Of a DNA stretch of 64,000 bases, positions 62,499 to 64,000 are shown piece after piece. The stretch comes from Saccostrea echinata (lineage: Eukaryota): positions 2,170,001-2,234,000 of the forward strand of contig NW_026889799.1 of NCBI RefSeq assembly GCF_033153115.1, written 5' to 3'. Under the pieces are notes generated by a model. It made no database searches. It saw only the letters and a program-made list of their open reading frames with translations, and was not told the origin of the DNA. Position 1 is the first letter of the stretch; every line of letters starts with the position of its first letter. The translations under genes and the position numbers were made by a program.

Positions 62499-62803
62499 GT
62501 CATAACTTCTGAATTGGTGCTTCAGCTTTCATATTTCACCTTCATATTTCTTGTGAGAAGGCCTTTCCTTAGGCAACATTAATTTTGACCATTTGACCTT
62601 GATGTTTGACTTACTTTTGAAAAACTTTAACCTTTTCCATATCTATTCAATGGTTGCTGCTAGGGCTTTCATATTTCACAGATATATTCCTCGAGACAAG
62701 ACCTTACTTTGGGTACCAACATATTTGATTTGCATTTGAGAAAGTTTAACCTTTGCTATAAGTTCCATACGGGGGCATCAGTGTTTCACAAACACATCTT
62801 GTT
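61396..62803 (+). mobile_element. Full-length Helentron/HINE-type element with ~9 tandem ~140-150-bp monomers
   Basis: Perfect subTIR atgcccccgtat (61400-61411) / atacgggggcat (62767-62778), 5' hairpin, GTCT tract, monomer array, and 3' hairpin gtgtttcacaaacac in a T-rich site. Confidence 0.92.
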
Positions 62804-64000
62804 TTTTCCTGATTTTTAATGTTTGAGACATTATTTACATTTTATATTTTCAATAAAAGTTAGGCGAAATATGTTCTAAACCTTCATTTTTTATAATTGC
62901 CATTCTCTACATGACTTCAGATATACGGTTTCCAGTATTTTGTCATTTTCATTTCATTTTACCATTGAGAGAACGAACCATCAAGTGTTTGAGGATATTT
63001 TTTTCTATTTTATGTTATAAAATTGAAAATATACATTCAACTTTGCGTACAATATAACCTGTGAATGCTGTATTACTCTGATAAAACAACTTTTATTCAG
63101 TTTTGACAACAAAGCGAAATATTATCTGTGATTAATAATTTTTGTTCTTGCATCATTCCACGTAAAATATTTCTGAATTAAATTTTTATATATGGAAAAC
63201 CCCCTAATCCTTCTTTTCCTTCTGACCAATCTTTTGTCGTTCCTCACTCTTTTACTGAAATTTTGATAACAATTTAAGTTTTGGAAATCAAATGCCTTGA
63301 ATAATTTTAACTCAGTTTTCTTCATGCTTGATCTGGATATTTTATTACCACGTTTTCTTAATCATAATTTTACGTAGTATTGTAATATTGTCTCTGAATA
63401 CTATGATTATGAATTTCAACTCTAAATTCCTGTTAAGGTTAGTTGTAATTGATATTTGCAAAACTAAATTGATTGCCCTGGAATATTTATATACACAAGA
63501 TCAAGGATATAAGACAACATCCAACACATGATACCAAATAAAGGGGGGGGGTGTTACATGTACCTCTGAAAAATTATACATTTGTGTAAATCCTTGGTAC
63601 ATTTAATACTTAAGCAACAAAACATACATTATTTTTTTTTAAGTTAAAAATGCGTTCATAAACATTTTTTTTAATTGAAAATGAAAAAAAACATTATGAA
63701 AACAGTAGAATACATTTATGAGGAAATAGGCAAGCTTCCGAAAACATATAAATGTCCTTTGACATAATAGCAGGGAGTCCAGAGGAAAGCTTTTAACTAT
63801 CATTGGCTTAATTTAATTCCATTATTATAAAATATACCTCATTTATGTACCTTATATCTTGGATAAACTTGGATTGTGAAAAGCCTTACTTATCACATCG
63901 ATTTCTTTGCAATGCTTTGTCGTATGTGCTATATTTTAAGGGTTTGGTCTTTAAAATATTTTTCAAATATTTGATTGCTAAAGTATGCAAATATCAATTT

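Noticed and set aside
63122-63325. Basic ORF as the last exon of a minus-strand gene
   Set aside because: A stop lies shortly upstream in frame, with no convincing acceptor or recognisable motif.

Overview
AT-rich, intron-containing animal DNA. The repeat families and gene content point to a bivalve, most likely an oyster (inference). I assembled seven spliced genes by hand from splice sites and reading phase. (1) The 3' half of an LRMP/IRAG-family KASH protein (+, 172-5826). (2) An orphan membrane protein with a long basic tail (-, ~8106-9684). (3-4) A tandem pair of MP20/myophilin calponin-family genes (-, 11349-17256 and 19880-25296); the first needs a GC-AG intron. (5) A secreted coiled-coil C1q-domain gene (+, 29361-32864) that is intact except for one in-frame TGA and has a kB-like site upstream. 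(6) A miniature MEGF10/CED-1-like receptor with a tyrosine-motif-rich tail (+, 44261-45689). (7) A Cys-rich single-pass receptor of no family I can name (+, ~51859-61259; 5' exon unresolved). Introns and intergenic DNA are rich in mobile elements: Helentron/HINE-type elements with internal tandem arrays, Penelope-like (Naiad-type) RT fragments, tRNA-derived SINEs, mariner-, Mutator- and hAT-like MITEs, foldback palindromes, and a miniature LTR element (TRIM) with a tRNA-derived LTR. Most short ORFs in the supplied track are spurious. No functional tRNA, rRNA or CRISPR array was found.
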